DNA of 64,000 nucleotides from Vicugna vicugna. Lineage: Eukaryota. The translations under genes were made by a program, and so were the position numbers. Below, piece after piece: positions 63,630 to 64,000 of this stretch; positions within the stretch are counted from its first letter, which is position 1, and every line of letters starts with the position of its first letter. The DNA lies in the NCBI GenBank assembly GCA_013265495.1, contig MU058636.1, forward strand, positions 6,297,741 to 6,361,740, in the 5' to 3' direction. The notes under the pieces are model-generated. The model worked only from the letters and a program-made list of their open reading frames with translations, was not told the DNA's origin and made no database searches.

Positions 63630-63845
63630 TGTTTTACTGAGGGTTTTACATGGCCAGGCACAATTCTCAGTGGTTTATATGGATTCATTCATGAGGTAGG
63701 GTCTGTAATGGCCCCCATTTTACATGGGAGGAAATACAGGAACAGAGAGGTTAAAAATTGTCCCAAATCACACAGCTAGTAAGTAGTAGATCCAGGATTT
63801 AAACCCAGTCAATCTAGCTCCGGGGCTTGTGTTCTTGAACGCTGT
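63630..63845 (-). mobile_element. MIR SINE
   Basis: ccccattttacatgggaggaaatacaggaacagagaggttaa...cacacagctagtaagtagtagatccaggatttaaacccag. Confidence 0.85.
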
Positions 63846-64000
63846 TTTAGAGAGTTCCTCAAAAGGGACAGAACAGAGAAACGGCTCCCTGTACAGGAGG
63901 AAATTGCAGCAAACCCATCAGAAATAAGGCTGGCCCCTTTTACTGACTCTGTGTACCAGTTGGTATCTTTGGGGACGATGTCCTTTATTCTCTCTCTCTC

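Noticed and set aside
1..64000. CRISPR arrays, operons or other prokaryotic systems
   Set aside because: Mammalian repeat-rich DNA with no regularly spaced repeat-spacer structure and no gene-dense coding.

Overview
Eukaryotic, placental-mammal genomic DNA, most likely camelid. That inference rests on three tRNA-Ala(AGC)-derived SINEs resembling the camelid Vic-1 type and on the L1 3' ends. I recognise no host protein-coding exon, rRNA, bona fide tRNA or CRISPR array, so the window looks intronic or intergenic. It is dominated by interspersed repeats: old and young L1, L2, MIR, MLT1, MER34/MER110-like ERV LTRs, Tigger1 and small hAT elements. The only ORFs with recognisable products are decayed Tigger1 transposase and L1 ORF1/ORF2 pieces. 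I found no evidence of a new biological system. The best observations are retrotransposition structures readable directly from the sequence: (1) a twin-primed L1 with a tRNA-SINE at its inversion junction and a second L1 nested inside it; (2) an ERV LTR fragment with the hallmarks of L1-mediated retrotransposition (15-bp TSD, poly-A signal, A tail); (3) a tailless L1 fragment replacing part of a Tigger1. There is also an orphan CpG island at ~35.1-36.0 kb, several repeat-poor enhancer-like blocks and a candidate non-coding exon. Repeat family names come from recalled consensus sequences, not a database search, and boundaries of old repeats are approximate.
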